Positions 1-10,198 are shown, numbered from the stretch's first letter. The stretch: 64,000 bases of DNA from an uncultured bacterium (GCA_963727715.1 CAVSGX010000003.1:157-64156), one strand, 5' to 3'. Notes: a model not told the origin generated them from the letters alone. Program-made: numbers and translations.

Positions 1-502
1 CAACCGTATAAGTTTGTCCATTCAAAATAAAACTTTGCGGTTTGTAAATTTCTTGCGCGTTCCCATCAGTGGTCTGATGATAAATGATCTCTTTTTTCAA
101 TAGGCCTGGATTTTCGTCAGCTTCTCTTAAATAAGCAATCATAATTGGCACTTTAAGAAGAGAAGCTGGTGCATAAGTATTATTTTCGTTGACCCCGGAC
201 CAGTGTCCACTGTCAAGCCCGCGGAAATAAATAGAGATATCTTGCGCATCGCCGTTTCGAATGCTTTGGTTGATATAAGATTGAAATTTATCTTCTATTG
301 GTTTGTACTGACTAAATTGTTTATCTTCGGAAATATTACAAGACAAAAGAGGGTTGATGAAAGTATATCCCCCCTCTCGCACAGCGTAGCTTGTTTGGGT
401 ATGAGGCAAATAATATTTCTGCAAAAAAATTTCCACCACTAAACCAAGACAAAGAAAAACAACCACAATCAGTGTATTTTTTTTATTTATCTTTTCAATC
501 AC
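1..502 (-). CDS. Class A beta-lactamase-like serine hydrolase (partial, runs off window start)
   Basis: Manual minus-strand translation from GTG at 502: N-terminal TM segment, GYTFINPLL, then WSGVNENNTYAPASLLKVPIMIAY (SxxK motif). Absent from the ORF track because it is truncated. Confidence 0.7.
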   Translation of the reverse strand, partial: MIEKINKKNTLIVVVFLCLGLVVEIFLQKYYLPHTQTSYAVREGGYTFINPLLSCNISEDKQFSQYKPIEDKFQSYINQSIRNGDAQDISIYFRGLDSGHWSGVNENNTYAPASLLKVPIMIAYLREADENPGLLKKEIIYHQTTDGNAQEIYKPQSFILNGQTYTV

Positions 503-622
503 CCCCAGATTATAAAAGATATTGTGCTGTAAAGCAACCGTTTTCTATACTCTTAAATATTTTTAGATGTATGATATTTGGTATATAATATGTGGGATTA
601 TTTTTAATGTTTAAAAAATCAT

Positions 623-2101
623 ATGCCTACCATTTCAATTAATAATTGGTTTACAAAATTTTTTCTCATTTCCATTTTTCTATACACGCCTGTTGTTTTT
701 GCTGATGGATCGGTCAGCATTCAATCTCTCTCGCCAGGGCAAACCGACAGAGTTGGCAATGAAGTGACATTTAACATTGTCTCATCTGGTTTTAATAGTG
801 CGATTTCTTATGCAATTTCCGACTCACTTTCCGGGAGCAGTATCTCCTCAAGCAACATTAATTCAAACGGAATTTTTGCTTGGATACCGACGTCTGCTGA
901 TGTTGGCACTCATAATCTGACCATCAATTTGACAGATCAATCCGGTGATTCGGCTACTCTAACAGAACAGCTAATTGTTCCCCTTTTGCCGGTCGTCTCC
1001 ATAAACTCTGTTTCTCCAGGTTCATCAGTAAACGTCGGACAAACCGTCTTCTTTAATGCATCAGCCGTCGGTTTTATCAATCCGCAATATTCAGTGGCGG
1101 ATTCGGTTATGACTTCCAGTTTGACTCCTTCGGCTATAAATTCTTCCGGCGGTTTCAGTTGGACGCCGAAAAATCAAGATGCCGGAAGTCACAGTATTAC
1201 CGTTACGGCCAACGATTATTTGGGTGACAGCGCCAGCGCGACAATCGGTGTAAATGTCGGTGTTGTCTCATCCAGCATACAATCTCTCTCACCCAGCGCG
1301 ACGGTTTTTCTATCTCAAAATGTTACGTTTACTGTCGTTACGACTGGATTTACCAATCCAACCTATACGATTTCCGATTCTCTCTATGGAAGCAGTATCA
1401 ACAGTTTAAACATAGATTACAACGGAAATTTTAGTTGGACACCAAAAAGTCAAGATGTTGGTTCGCATAATATCACCGTAATGGTTAGAGATTCTCTGGG
1501 TAATGTTTCCACGGTATCGCAACCGATAATTGTTTCCGGTACTGGTATTTCAATAAGTTCCATGAGCCCCGGACTCTCAATTACACCCGGAACGATTTTT
1601 GCTTTCATCGCTTCAACCACGGGATTTGTTAATCAATCGGTTTATTCTGTATCTGATTCGTTTGTTGGGACGAGTCTTACAACAAAAAATATAACTGCTG
1701 ACGGAGTTTTCAGTTGGACCCCGATTTTAAGCGACATTGGCACGCATACGATATCGGTTTTCACCTTGGATAATTTTGGTCAAAGTTTAAGAAGTAGTAT
1801 TACTGTAAATGTCGCACAAGCGACGACAACCACCACAACTTTAGGGACAAATTCGGTTGGTAATAACACAACCACAGGAGCACTCAAATATCACTTCTCC
1901 CATCCCCTTTCTGTTGGTTCGAGAGGCGCGGATGTTACAGCTTTGCAAAACTTTTTGATCAGCCAAAAATTTTTCTCCGGCCCGATCAGTGGATATTTTG
2001 GCTCATTGACATTCGCCGCGGTTAAAAAATTTCAAAAAGCCCACAATCTTTCACAGGTTGGTACGGTTGGTCCGCTGACTCGGGCTTTACTCAATCAATA
2101 A
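623..2101 (+). CDS. Secreted surface protein with ~4 Ig/cadherin-like repeats and C-terminal peptidoglycan-binding domain
   Basis: Signal peptide; four repeats of G-x-F-x-WxP-x3-DxG-x-H-x-I/L-T/S; Thr linker; LSVGSRGADVTALQNFL...GYFGSLTFAAVKKFQ...GTVGPLTRALLN (PG_binding_1). Confidence 0.8.
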   Translation: MPTISINNWFTKFFLISIFLYTPVVFADGSVSIQSLSPGQTDRVGNEVTFNIVSSGFNSAISYAISDSLSGSSISSSNINSNGIFAWIPTSADVGTHNLTINLTDQSGDSATLTEQLIVPLLPVVSINSVSPGSSVNVGQTVFFNASAVGFINPQYSVADSVMTSSLTPSAINSSGGFSWTPKNQDAGSHSITVTANDYLGDSASATIGVNVGVVSSSIQSLSPSATVFLSQNVTFTVVTTGFTNPTYTISDSLYGSSINSLNIDYNGNFSWTPKSQDVGSHNITVMVRDSLGNVSTVSQPIIVSGTGISISSMSPGLSITPGTIFAFIASTTGFVNQSVYSVSDSFVGTSLTTKNITADGVFSWTPILSDIGTHTISVFTLDNFGQSLRSSITVNVAQATTTTTTLGTNSVGNNTTTGALKYHFSHPLSVGSRGADVTALQNFLISQKFFSGPISGYFGSLTFAAVKKFQKAHNLSQVGTVGPLTRALLNQ

Positions 2102-2188
2102 AAAGAATATTCAACTTCAACAAAATTAAACATTAAGAAAGAATCTTCGGCCACAAAACCACGGCAGGTTGTCAAAAAGGAATCTTTA

Positions 2189-2701
2189 ATGTATATTGTA
2201 ATAGTTCCCTATTGGTCAATGACACTTCATATGATTTCCAACCCATTTTTTTTCATTTACATATTGGCTGTTATCGTTTTGCTTTTTATAGTTTGGATTA
2301 TTCGTTTGGAAATAAAAATGAGAAAGCTTTTGCGTGGTGGAAATGGAAAATCTTTGGAAGAAATTATCAATCAAGCTCATAATTCCATTTCTAATTTGCA
2401 GGAATTTCAAAAAGATTCCATTGAATATTTTCATAGTGTGGAAAATCGTTTACGATCCAGTGTGCAGGCGGTAGAGACAATTCGTTTCAATCCTTTCAAA
2501 GGCACTGGAGACGGTGGCAACCAAAGTTTTTGCACAGCCTTTGTCAACGAAAAAGGCGACGGGGCTATAATTTCCAGTCTCTATTCGCGCGACAGAGTCA
2601 GTGTTTTCTCCAAACCGCTTGCTGGTTTTGAAAGTTCGTTTGAGCTGACAGACGAAGAAAAAGAAGTTTTACAAACAGCCAAAGCCAAACTTAAAAATTG
2701 A
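2189..2701 (+). CDS. DUF4446-family membrane-anchored protein (start may be 2231)
   Basis: N-terminal TM; RFNPFKGTGDGGNQSF...GAIISSLYSRD...KPL...LTDEE typical of DUF4446. Confidence 0.75.
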   Translation: MYIVIVPYWSMTLHMISNPFFFIYILAVIVLLFIVWIIRLEIKMRKLLRGGNGKSLEEIINQAHNSISNLQEFQKDSIEYFHSVENRLRSSVQAVETIRFNPFKGTGDGGNQSFCTAFVNEKGDGAIISSLYSRDRVSVFSKPLAGFESSFELTDEEKEVLQTAKAKLKN

Positions 2702-2763
2702 ATTTTAAAAAACGGTGAGTATAAAAATTTTCATCGAATTGTTTTTAAATCTGATTTAATTTT

Positions 2764-4266
2764 ATGAATCAACCGGACACAAACAATCAAATAGAAAGAC
2801 CACCCATTGTAGCCATGATGGGACATATCGATCACGGTAAATCAACCCTGCTTTCTTACATAAGAAAAAATTCAAAATCACTTGATGAGGCCGGCGGTAT
2901 TACACAGCACATCTCGGCCTATGAAATAGAGCACAAAGACGAAAACGGTCGCAACAGAAAAATCACCTTTCTAGATACGCCGGGACACGAAGCTTTTTGT
3001 GGCATTAGAACGCGTGGAGCCAAAATTGCAGATATCGCAGTTTTAGTTGTCTCAGCCGAGGACGGTGTCAAACCGCAAACATTGGAAGCTTTGCGTTCCA
3101 TTGAATGTGAAAAAACGCCATACATTGTGGCTGTAAACAAAATTGATAAAAATGGTGCTGACATTGTTCGCACAAAACAATCTCTAGCCGAGAACAATAT
3201 TTTTGTTGAGGGTTATGGTGGAGATGTGCCGGTGGTTTCTGTTTCCGGCAAGACCGGAGAAGGAATTCCGGAGCTTTTGGATATGATTTTGCTTATGACC
3301 GATCTCTCCGACTTGAAAGCCGATCCAAACGCAATGGGTCAAGGAGTGGTTATCGAAAGCAATTTGGATTCAAAAAAAGGAATATCAGCTACTTGTGTTA
3401 TAAAAAACGGCACTGTCACAAAAGGCAAATATATCGCCTCCGGAGAAAGTTGCGCTCCGATTCGCATTATGGAAAATTATCTTGGAGGACAAATAAATTC
3501 GGCCAGTTTTTCCAGTCCGGTTAAAATAATCGGCTGGGATCTCATTCCTTCGGCTGGCGCTGAATTTTTTGTTTTTGATACGCGCGATGAAGCTCTTTCG
3601 TATGTTGAAAAAGAAAAACAAAAAAAATCAAAAGAGGACAATTCAAATATCAAAACTCCGGCGATAGAAATCCCAATCATTGTCAAAGCTGACACCGGCG
3701 GCAGTTTAGAAGCTGTTTTGTATGAAGCAAGAAAATTAGCAACAGACGAAATCGGATTAAAAGTTATTTTCTCCGGCATCGGCACAGTTTCAGAAAATGA
3801 TATTCGTTTGGCCCAAGGAGAAACCAAGGCCACGATTGTTTGTTTTAATGTTAAAACAGAAACTTTGGCCAAAAATTTTGCCGAGCGCTCTGGTATTGAA
3901 ATCAAATCTTTTGATGTTATTTATAAAATGATTGAGTGGATGGAAAATTTTCTTTCATCGCAGAAACCAAAAGTTTTGGAAAATCAACTTGTCGGTTCGG
4001 CGAAAGTTTTAAAAACTTTCAGTCGTGTCAAAGATAAGCAGATCATCGGATGTCTGGTTCAAAACGGGGTTATTTCAACCGGTGGAACGGTCAGCATAAA
4101 AAGAAGAGAAGCCGAAATAGGACAGGGCAAGATCCGCGGTCTAGAACAACAGAAAAAGAAAACCGACAGTGTCAGTCAAGGAACAGAATTTGGCGCTTTG
4201 GTTGAAGCCAAAGTGGAGATTGCCGTCGGAGATATTATTGAAAGTTTTACGGTGTCTGAAAAATAA
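2764..4266 (+). CDS. infB: Translation initiation factor IF-2 (short form lacking N-terminal domain)
   Basis: RPPIVAMMGHIDHGKSTLL, EAGGITQHI, FLDTPGHEAF, NKID. Confidence 0.97.
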   Translation: MNQPDTNNQIERPPIVAMMGHIDHGKSTLLSYIRKNSKSLDEAGGITQHISAYEIEHKDENGRNRKITFLDTPGHEAFCGIRTRGAKIADIAVLVVSAEDGVKPQTLEALRSIECEKTPYIVAVNKIDKNGADIVRTKQSLAENNIFVEGYGGDVPVVSVSGKTGEGIPELLDMILLMTDLSDLKADPNAMGQGVVIESNLDSKKGISATCVIKNGTVTKGKYIASGESCAPIRIMENYLGGQINSASFSSPVKIIGWDLIPSAGAEFFVFDTRDEALSYVEKEKQKKSKEDNSNIKTPAIEIPIIVKADTGGSLEAVLYEARKLATDEIGLKVIFSGIGTVSENDIRLAQGETKATIVCFNVKTETLAKNFAERSGIEIKSFDVIYKMIEWMENFLSSQKPKVLENQLVGSAKVLKTFSRVKDKQIIGCLVQNGVISTGGTVSIKRREAEIGQGKIRGLEQQKKKTDSVSQGTEFGALVEAKVEIAVGDIIESFTVSEK

Positions 4267-4593
4267 ATGTCGAATATTCACACCAGCCGAAAAAAAGAAA
4301 TCATACGCGATTTGAGCGCGCGTTTTTTGAATGAGGAAGGCAACGGCGCTTCTCTCATTACAGTCACCGGAGTAGAGATGTCAAAAGACGAAAAATATGC
4401 TAACATTTTTTTTACGGTTTTCCCGGATGCGCAGGAGAAGACGGCTTTGGAATTTGCCAAGCGCAAGCGCAGTGAATTTAAAAGTTTTGTGCGTCAAAAC
4501 TCAACGCTTGGCAGAATTCCATTCTTTGATTTCTGTCTGGATCTCGGCGAAAAAAATCGTCAGAAAATCGACAGTTTGTTGAATCAAAAATAA
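4267..4593 (+). CDS. rbfA: Ribosome-binding factor A
   Basis: Follows infB; LITVTGVEMSKD, RIP.F.F.LD. Confidence 0.9.
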   Translation: MSNIHTSRKKEIIRDLSARFLNEEGNGASLITVTGVEMSKDEKYANIFFTVFPDAQEKTALEFAKRKRSEFKSFVRQNSTLGRIPFFDFCLDLGEKNRQKIDSLLNQK

Positions 4594-4665
4594 GGCCTGG
4601 TCGTCAAGTAGTAAGACATAGATCTGCAAAATCTATACACGCGGGTGCAATTCCCGCCCAGGCCT
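4594..4665 (+). tRNA. tRNA-Cys(GCA)
   Basis: Acceptor GGCCTGG/CCAGGCC; anticodon arm ATAGAT-CTGCAAA-ATCTAT; T-arm GCGGG-TGCAATT-CCCGC. Confidence 0.9.
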
Positions 4666-4698
4666 CAAGAAAAAGCAAAACTTTTTCTCTTGCAATTT

Positions 4699-4783
4699 GC
4701 CCGAGTGGCGGAACTGGTATACGCGCACGACTTAAAATCGTGTCTCGAAAGGGATGTGGGTTCGATTCCCACCTCGGGCACCA
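4699..4783 (+). tRNA. tRNA-Leu(TAA)
   Basis: GCCCGAG/CTCGGGC acceptor, CACGA-CTTAAAA-TCGTG, variable arm, GGTTCGATTCC, encoded CCA. Confidence 0.95.
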
Positions 4784-4844
4784 AAATAGAACTCAACGGT
4801 TTTCGATCCCAGACAAAAAGCAATAACATTGCTTTTTTCTGAGT

Positions 4845-4885
4845 CACAAATTAAAAACTGCCTTAACAGCAGTTTTTAATTTGTG
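4845..4885. terminator. Bidirectional hairpin terminator between convergent tRNAs
   Basis: CACAAATTAAAAACTGC...GCAGTTTTTAATTTGTG inverted repeat. Confidence 0.7.
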
Positions 4886-4956
4886 CACCCAGCAGGGATC
4901 GAACCTGCGACCTTCTCCTTAAGAGGGAGTTACTCTACCAGCTGAGTTATGGGTGC
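4884..4956 (-). tRNA. tRNA-Lys(CTT)
   Basis: Reverse complement GCACCCATAACTCAGCTGGTAGAG...CTCC-CTCTTAA-GGAG...GCAGGTTCGATCCCTGCTGGGTGCA. Confidence 0.93.
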
Positions 4957-5044
4957 TCGGTAAATTAGATTTCATATTAGCATAAATAATTCAAATCATA
5001 AAATACTTTATATTTTTTATTTATTAGTGTAATGTAAATACATC

Positions 5045-5125
5045 GGGCGAGTGGTGAAATGGCAGACACACCAGCTTTAGGAGCTGGTGCCGCAAGGCAT
5101 GGGAGTTCAAGTCTCCCCTCGCCCA
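5045..5125 (+). tRNA. tRNA-Leu(TAG)
   Basis: GGGCGAG/CTCGCCC acceptor, CCAGC-TTTAGGA-GCTGG, variable arm, GAGTTCAAGTCTC. Confidence 0.93.
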
Positions 5126-5216
5126 CAAAAAACAAACTGCATTAGCGATTTTTGATTCCTATCTCAATCCCATATTCCATCCTTATTTAAAGTTATATTT
5201 TTTGTAGTCCAAAACC

Positions 5217-5245
5217 TTGACTTTTTATTGTTTTTATGATAGCAT
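5217..5245 (+). promoter_or_regulatory. Sigma70-type promoter of the 5291-7632 gene pair
   Basis: TTGACT-N17-TAGCAT with TGn extension; GAAAGGA SD-like site before ATG 5291. Confidence 0.6.
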
Positions 5246-5290
5246 CTAATCAGGTGTCAGTTCTTTGACACTTGAAAGGAAAAGAGAAAA

Positions 5291-6505
5291 ATGCGAAAGT
5301 TTTGGGTGACCCTATTTGTTTCTGTCATCTTGGCTGTGCTTGCCTACGGGTTGAGCGAGTTAAGCGACGGAGAAGTATCATTCTTGGCGATGTTTTTCTG
5401 CGAAGTTGTGATCTGCGCAGTATGCACGATTAGCTTCTGGAAACTCGCCGAACACGATATCATTTTTGGTTTCTTCTCGAGTAACCAAATTGCTATTGTA
5501 GAATCTGGAGAAAAGCCGGTCAAACTGATCGGTATACCAACAGAAGGAAAGTCCATCCAAGGACTCAAAGTCCTGTCAGGTGAACAGAAACCAAACTGGT
5601 GGAATCCTTTTGAGATATGGTTCAACATGTTCTTCATTGGTCTGCCATGGAGAAGAATAAAGAGATTTATCCTCATCCATGAAAGATTCAGCAAAGAAGA
5701 ATTACCAAGGGGTGCCTCGCCGACAAAGTATATTGTTGCGGATCCAGAAGACGAACATCCGGCGGAACGATTTTTGCTCGGTAATTCTTTGCACGATTTC
5801 ATCGTGCCAGATATTGAGCTTGCCGAGGGATACTCGGCGCACATCAAAGTAACCGGCGAACTGGATCTGGAAGATCCGATTATCTCCGTCTACAGGAGAG
5901 CTGGAAGTTCACCTCACAAAGATGGTCTCTACAAGGTTAACTTCTACGGGCCAATCGGCGATGTGGTCAACACAGCCGTCGACAATGCCTGCAGAGGCAT
6001 GGGCTACTACCCGTCTGATCCAAAACCGGTAGACCCGAACATACCTCAACCAATTCTCTCAGACAAAGAATCACTCAATAAGAATGGTTTTTTGGCTGCA
6101 GACAAGTCCAGCCAAGGCACCCTATGCCAGATTATTTTGAAAGAAATCGCGGCCTCGGTGCGCCAACTCAGCGGGTATAATGTGATAAGAGTCTTTATCC
6201 CTGGGTGGGATCTGACAACAGACGAACAACGAGATCTCGTGCAACAGCGTGAACGTGCCAGAATCACTCGCGATGTCAAGCTTCTGGAAGCTGAAGGTGA
6301 GAATGCTGGGACGGTCAATCTCATGGCAGCCATGAAGAAGGAGTACCCAAATGCCACTGACTCTGAGTTGGCTCAGAGAGTGACTGAATTGGAAATCTCC
6401 AGAAACATTGCCGGGATGCCAAACCTTACGGTCTACGCTCCTGGTGCTAATTTAGCGGTCAGTACGCCACAACAGAGTGGCAACAAGAAAGGATCTGGCA
6501 AATGA
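5291..6505 (+). CDS. Membrane protein with divergent SPFH/band-7-like domain
   Basis: Two N-terminal TMs, Q-IAIVE-G-PVK, FFIGLPW, late coiled coil with EAEGE, ending NLTVYAPG; architecture typical of SPFH proteins. Confidence 0.5.
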   Translation: MRKFWVTLFVSVILAVLAYGLSELSDGEVSFLAMFFCEVVICAVCTISFWKLAEHDIIFGFFSSNQIAIVESGEKPVKLIGIPTEGKSIQGLKVLSGEQKPNWWNPFEIWFNMFFIGLPWRRIKRFILIHERFSKEELPRGASPTKYIVADPEDEHPAERFLLGNSLHDFIVPDIELAEGYSAHIKVTGELDLEDPIISVYRRAGSSPHKDGLYKVNFYGPIGDVVNTAVDNACRGMGYYPSDPKPVDPNIPQPILSDKESLNKNGFLAADKSSQGTLCQIILKEIAASVRQLSGYNVIRVFIPGWDLTTDEQRDLVQQRERARITRDVKLLEAEGENAGTVNLMAAMKKEYPNATDSELAQRVTELEISRNIAGMPNLTVYAPGANLAVSTPQQSGNKKGSGK

Positions 6506-7632
6506 GCTTCGTTAATTGGGTTATTCTTATAGCTCTGGCCTCACTCTTTTTTGGCCTCTGCTACCTGTTGAACTGGTTGCGTGGAAAGTTCCTAGTAGTT
6601 GACACCTACTGGAAAAACGGCACAATTTGGGCTTTTCTGGCTGTCATACTTGTCCACATGGGCATCTGGTGGCTGTGGCCCGAATTCTGGCATGAGTGGT
6701 GGTCAAGGTCAGGTTTTTTGTTCTTCCAGATTCTGGTTGGGGTAGGATTCTACCTCAGACTCGGTTTGAAAGACAAGAAATTCCTAAGGCACCTTGGGCT
6801 TATCCTTATCGCACTTGGGGTGGTTGGCATCGGCTGGAACATTTACTCCGCTTTGCGGGTTCATCGTTCGGCCACAGAAGTGATGTCACCTGCGGAATTA
6901 AAAAACCTCCCGAAACAGAATTGGGACGGAGAACAAAAGGTGACCAGGTTCTGGAAGAACCATCTGCCGGAAGAGTCTGCTCTGGCGATATTGCGAATCG
7001 TCAGACGTCAGTCCGGCTTCAACCAGTTTGGCGAAAATGGTAAGCCATACCGCAATCCGGCAAACCCGTCAAAGGTCGGGGTGATGCAGATTGACGACTC
7101 GATTTGGTCCGAAAGGGCTCGCGAGCTCGAATATAATCTGTACGAGATGGATGGGAACCTCCGCTTCGCGCTCTGGCTCTACAAGGAGCAAGGGTTTGCG
7201 CCCTGGCTCGGGAATAGTCAGACCACGCTTGATTCAGCCAAACAGGTTTCGTCGGCTATTGGTGATGCTTTCAGTAGCAAACCGAAGGCCGACGAGCGAC
7301 AGGCCAAAAGAATTCGGGACTTTCTGGACAGAAACAGGACAGATAATCCCGAGGTCTTGACGCGGTTGATTCGGACCATAGAAATGTGGCCGACAATGAT
7401 CGGACCACGTTCTCGGGTTGTCAACATTCCGGCCACCGGCTGGAGTGAAAAGATCGCAATCGGAAAAACTCCGATGCGAATCCGTCCGTCAGAAGACATG
7501 GTCGTGTCAGACGACCATGGCAGAGAATATCCAATCTCTGTCATCAATCCGAACTGGAACTTTCCCCCTACCGAATGGGTGAGATACCGGTCGGTCTCTG
7601 GCAAGCCAGCCATCGTGCTGGTCAGCCCATGA
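6502..7632 (+). CDS. Multi-TM protein with SLT/lysozyme-like domain (catalytic Glu appears as Gln)
   Basis: Four TMs, then RRQSGFNQFGENG...VGVMQID...DGNLRFALWLYKEQGFAPW; ATGA overlap with upstream gene. Confidence 0.6.
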   Translation: MSFVNWVILIALASLFFGLCYLLNWLRGKFLVVDTYWKNGTIWAFLAVILVHMGIWWLWPEFWHEWWSRSGFLFFQILVGVGFYLRLGLKDKKFLRHLGLILIALGVVGIGWNIYSALRVHRSATEVMSPAELKNLPKQNWDGEQKVTRFWKNHLPEESALAILRIVRRQSGFNQFGENGKPYRNPANPSKVGVMQIDDSIWSERARELEYNLYEMDGNLRFALWLYKEQGFAPWLGNSQTTLDSAKQVSSAIGDAFSSKPKADERQAKRIRDFLDRNRTDNPEVLTRLIRTIEMWPTMIGPRSRVVNIPATGWSEKIAIGKTPMRIRPSEDMVVSDDHGREYPISVINPNWNFPPTEWVRYRSVSGKPAIVLVSP

Positions 7633-7764
7633 TCCTTTCAAGTGAAATTAACAGTCGCGTGGCCAAATGGTTGCGCGACTTTTCTTTTACCCCGTAGTAG
7701 ATTTTTACAAACAAAACACCCGACCATTGGCCGAGTGTTTTTTTTAGACAAATTAACTGTCTGA

Positions 7765-8049
7765 TTACAACTTTGTTCCTATAAATGGCACATTGGTGGT
7801 ATTGGGAGTTACGCCGAAGGTATTCAAGACAAAACTGATGATACCATAAACCGAAAACATTATGAGCATTCCAACCAGTCCCCAAATGATAGCGTCCCGC
7901 GCCTCCACCTTCTTGCTATCCGAAGGTTCTAATCTCAAATATTCCACTATGCCATAGATGAAATAAACAGTGGCGACGGCGAAAAGAAGCAGAATAATCG
8001 GATTCAAAATCTCGGCGTCTACATTTTGTAGAAACTTGGTAATGTCCAT
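7765..8049 (-). CDS. TrbC/VirB2-like pilin
   Basis: Two TMs joined by ...KKVEARDAIIWGLVGMLIMFSVYGII. Confidence 0.75.
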   Translation of the reverse strand: MDITKFLQNVDAEILNPIILLLFAVATVYFIYGIVEYLRLEPSDSKKVEARDAIIWGLVGMLIMFSVYGIISFVLNTFGVTPNTTNVPFIGTKL

Positions 8050-8064
8050 TTATGTGAGAATGAA

Positions 8065-8421
8065 TTATAGACCGGTAACTGTAGGAGGCTGAAGACCATT
8101 GTTGTCGCTCTTGACTCCGAATATTCCTGTCAGCCAACTGACCAAACCAAACAGAGCGGCCATAACAGCTATGGCAACAACACCCCAGATCATAATACCG
8201 CGTCCTTCCTTGGCTTTTTCCGGGTCGCCGGCAGATCCGATGTATTTTATTAAACCCCAGAAGAAATAAATAATAGCCAATCCGAACATTATAGGAATCA
8301 AATCCTTAACAATTGTGCCGAGACCAGTAACCCAACTCTGTATATAACTAGTACCGGTTTGATTTTGAGCTAAGGCCAAAACTGGTCCAAAAGCTAACAA
8401 ACCATAAAAAATTCTTTTCAT
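8065..8421 (-). CDS. TrbC/VirB2-like pilin with signal peptide (start MKRIFYG)
   Basis: FFWGLIKYIGSAGDPEKAKEGRGIMIWGVVAIAVM. Confidence 0.8.
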   Translation of the reverse strand: MKRIFYGLLAFGPVLALAQNQTGTSYIQSWVTGLGTIVKDLIPIMFGLAIIYFFWGLIKYIGSAGDPEKAKEGRGIMIWGVVAIAVMAALFGLVSWLTGIFGVKSDNNGLQPPTVTGL

Positions 8422-8563
8422 TATTTTTTTGTTATTAATAATTAATAAAATCTTAAAACTAATAGTAAACGCGCTAAACACCGACCACGCTTTTACGAAT
8501 ATACCTATATTATATATCAAAAAAGCCAAAAAACAAGGGGCTGTGGATAAAAATTCACCATAA

Positions 8564-8986
8564 TCAATTTCCAGTACAAGGCCCTCCTTCATCTCCGACA
8601 TTGCCCGAAACAAAGCAAGGTGTGCTACCGCCGGATACACCATTACCGGAGCCGGAGGCGTTAGATTGCTGTGTACCAACCACCAAGCTTCCGACCAGAG
8701 AAATTACACCAGCCAGAGAAAATATGACGGCTATGGCTACAATCCCCCACATTATTTTCAATCTGCCTTCTCTGCGTGCTTCCTCCTCTCCGGAATGCAA
8801 AATGAACTGTCCGACACCCCAGAAAAAGTAAACCACGGCCAAACCGGCCATAACAGGCAGTATACTGCCGACGATTTTGCCTGTGGATGTCAGTAAATCT
8901 TTAACCCCGTTTGAATTGGCGGCCGAGGAAACTGCCGGCAAGAACAAGCAAAACGACAGGATAATTGGATACAATTTTCTTTTCAT
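8564..8986 (-). CDS. TrbC/VirB2-like pilin with Gly/Cys C-terminal tail
   Basis: FFWGVGQFILHSGEEEARREGRLKIMWGIVAIAV. Confidence 0.8.
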   Translation of the reverse strand: MKRKLYPIILSFCLFLPAVSSAANSNGVKDLLTSTGKIVGSILPVMAGLAVVYFFWGVGQFILHSGEEEARREGRLKIMWGIVAIAVIFSLAGVISLVGSLVVGTQQSNASGSGNGVSGGSTPCFVSGNVGDEGGPCTGN

Positions 8987-9003
8987 ATTTTATAAATAAT
9001 AAA

Positions 9004-9354
9004 TTACGGCAAAAGCGAACCACTCTCACTCGGAGAGGAAAAACCAAAAGTGTTGGTGGCTATGCCGATGATGGCCACATAGGAAGTTAGAATGAACAGA
9101 ACCAAAATGCCCCACATCATATATTCTTTGCCTGTTTTCAATAATTTTTCGTCTCCGGCTGAAATGACATATTTGGTCAATCCCCAAATGAAAACAATAA
9201 AAGCCAGAGCGAAAAGTATCGGTATGAGAAGATTAATCAAACTAATAACATAAGAGACGATGTCGCTAAATGAGCTGTTTTCCAAACTGAAACCTTGAGC
9301 CGAAACAAGCAAAGGAGAGAAATATAAAATTGGCAAAATAAAATATTTTTTCAT
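9004..9354 (-). CDS. TrbC/VirB2-like pilin (start MKKYFIL)
   Basis: FIWGLTKYVISAGDEKLLKTGKEYMMWGILVLF. Confidence 0.8.
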   Translation of the reverse strand: MKKYFILPILYFSPLLVSAQGFSLENSSFSDIVSYVISLINLLIPILFALAFIVFIWGLTKYVISAGDEKLLKTGKEYMMWGILVLFILTSYVAIIGIATNTFGFSSPSESGSLLP

Positions 9355-9740
9355 TTGGTTAAAAGGGTTTTGATAGTGGCTTGCAGAACTTCCGATATGC
9401 CCGTAGCGGCCAAAATAACACCGACTCCGATAAGTGACCAAAGAAGATTCTGTTTAGCATCTTTTATTTCTTGAGGATTGCCTTTGGCCTGGACAAACTT
9501 AAAACCGGCCCAGATGACCCAGACAACGCAAGCCACTCCGGCAATGGGCATAATGATGTTAGTTAAGATGGCTGTCAACAAAGTCAAAAGAGTGCAGTCA
9601 CCGCCAGCCCCACCACAATTGAAAGGATTCGGGATGCTGACGGATTGATTAAAATCTTGGGCGTGCGTTGCAAACGGTAAAATGATAAGGAACAAAACCA
9701 CAACCCCGAACAAATATCTTGCGTATTTTTTTCTTTTCAT
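9351..9740 (-). CDS. TrbC/VirB2-like pilin
   Basis: IWAGFKFVQAKGNPQEIKDAKQNLLWSLIG. Confidence 0.8.
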   Translation of the reverse strand: MKRKKYARYLFGVVVLFLIILPFATHAQDFNQSVSIPNPFNCGGAGGDCTLLTLLTAILTNIIMPIAGVACVVWVIWAGFKFVQAKGNPQEIKDAKQNLLWSLIGVGVILAATGISEVLQATIKTLLTK

Positions 9741-9759
9741 ATTTTTAAAATTGTTTAAA

Positions 9760-10194
9760 TTACTTCAAAAGTTGTGGGACACCAGTACCGGCTGTTAAAG
9801 TGGTCATAATCAGATTTATTACCAACCAAGCTCCCAAAACCCAGAAAATACCCCAAAGAACTTTGACAAACATATCGTTAGCCTCTTTTCGTTTGTCCGG
9901 TTTACCTCCAGATGTCAGGTAAATATAACCGGCATAGACAATAACGATCACAGAAAAAGGTAGAGCAACACTAACCACGGCAAAGTTTGTGACTTGTTTA
10001 ACTGCATCAATCAATTGGGCAAAAGTGCTACAAGGACCACCGCCTGGACAAACATAAGATATTCCACTTGGTTTTCCTAGACCCTGCTGGTCTTGAGCTG
10101 TGATCGAAGTCGTAGGTATCAAAACAAAAAGAACAAAAATAACTACCAAAATTTTTTCACCAATATTCTTCCTTGTTCCTTTTAGAAATTTCAT
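9760..10194 (-). CDS. TrbC/VirB2-like pilin
   Basis: VYAGYIYLTSGGKPDKRKEANDMFVKVLWG. Confidence 0.8.
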   Translation of the reverse strand: MKFLKGTRKNIGEKILVVIFVLFVLIPTTSITAQDQQGLGKPSGISYVCPGGGPCSTFAQLIDAVKQVTNFAVVSVALPFSVIVIVYAGYIYLTSGGKPDKRKEANDMFVKVLWGIFWVLGAWLVINLIMTTLTAGTGVPQLLK

Positions 10195-10198
10195 GCTT

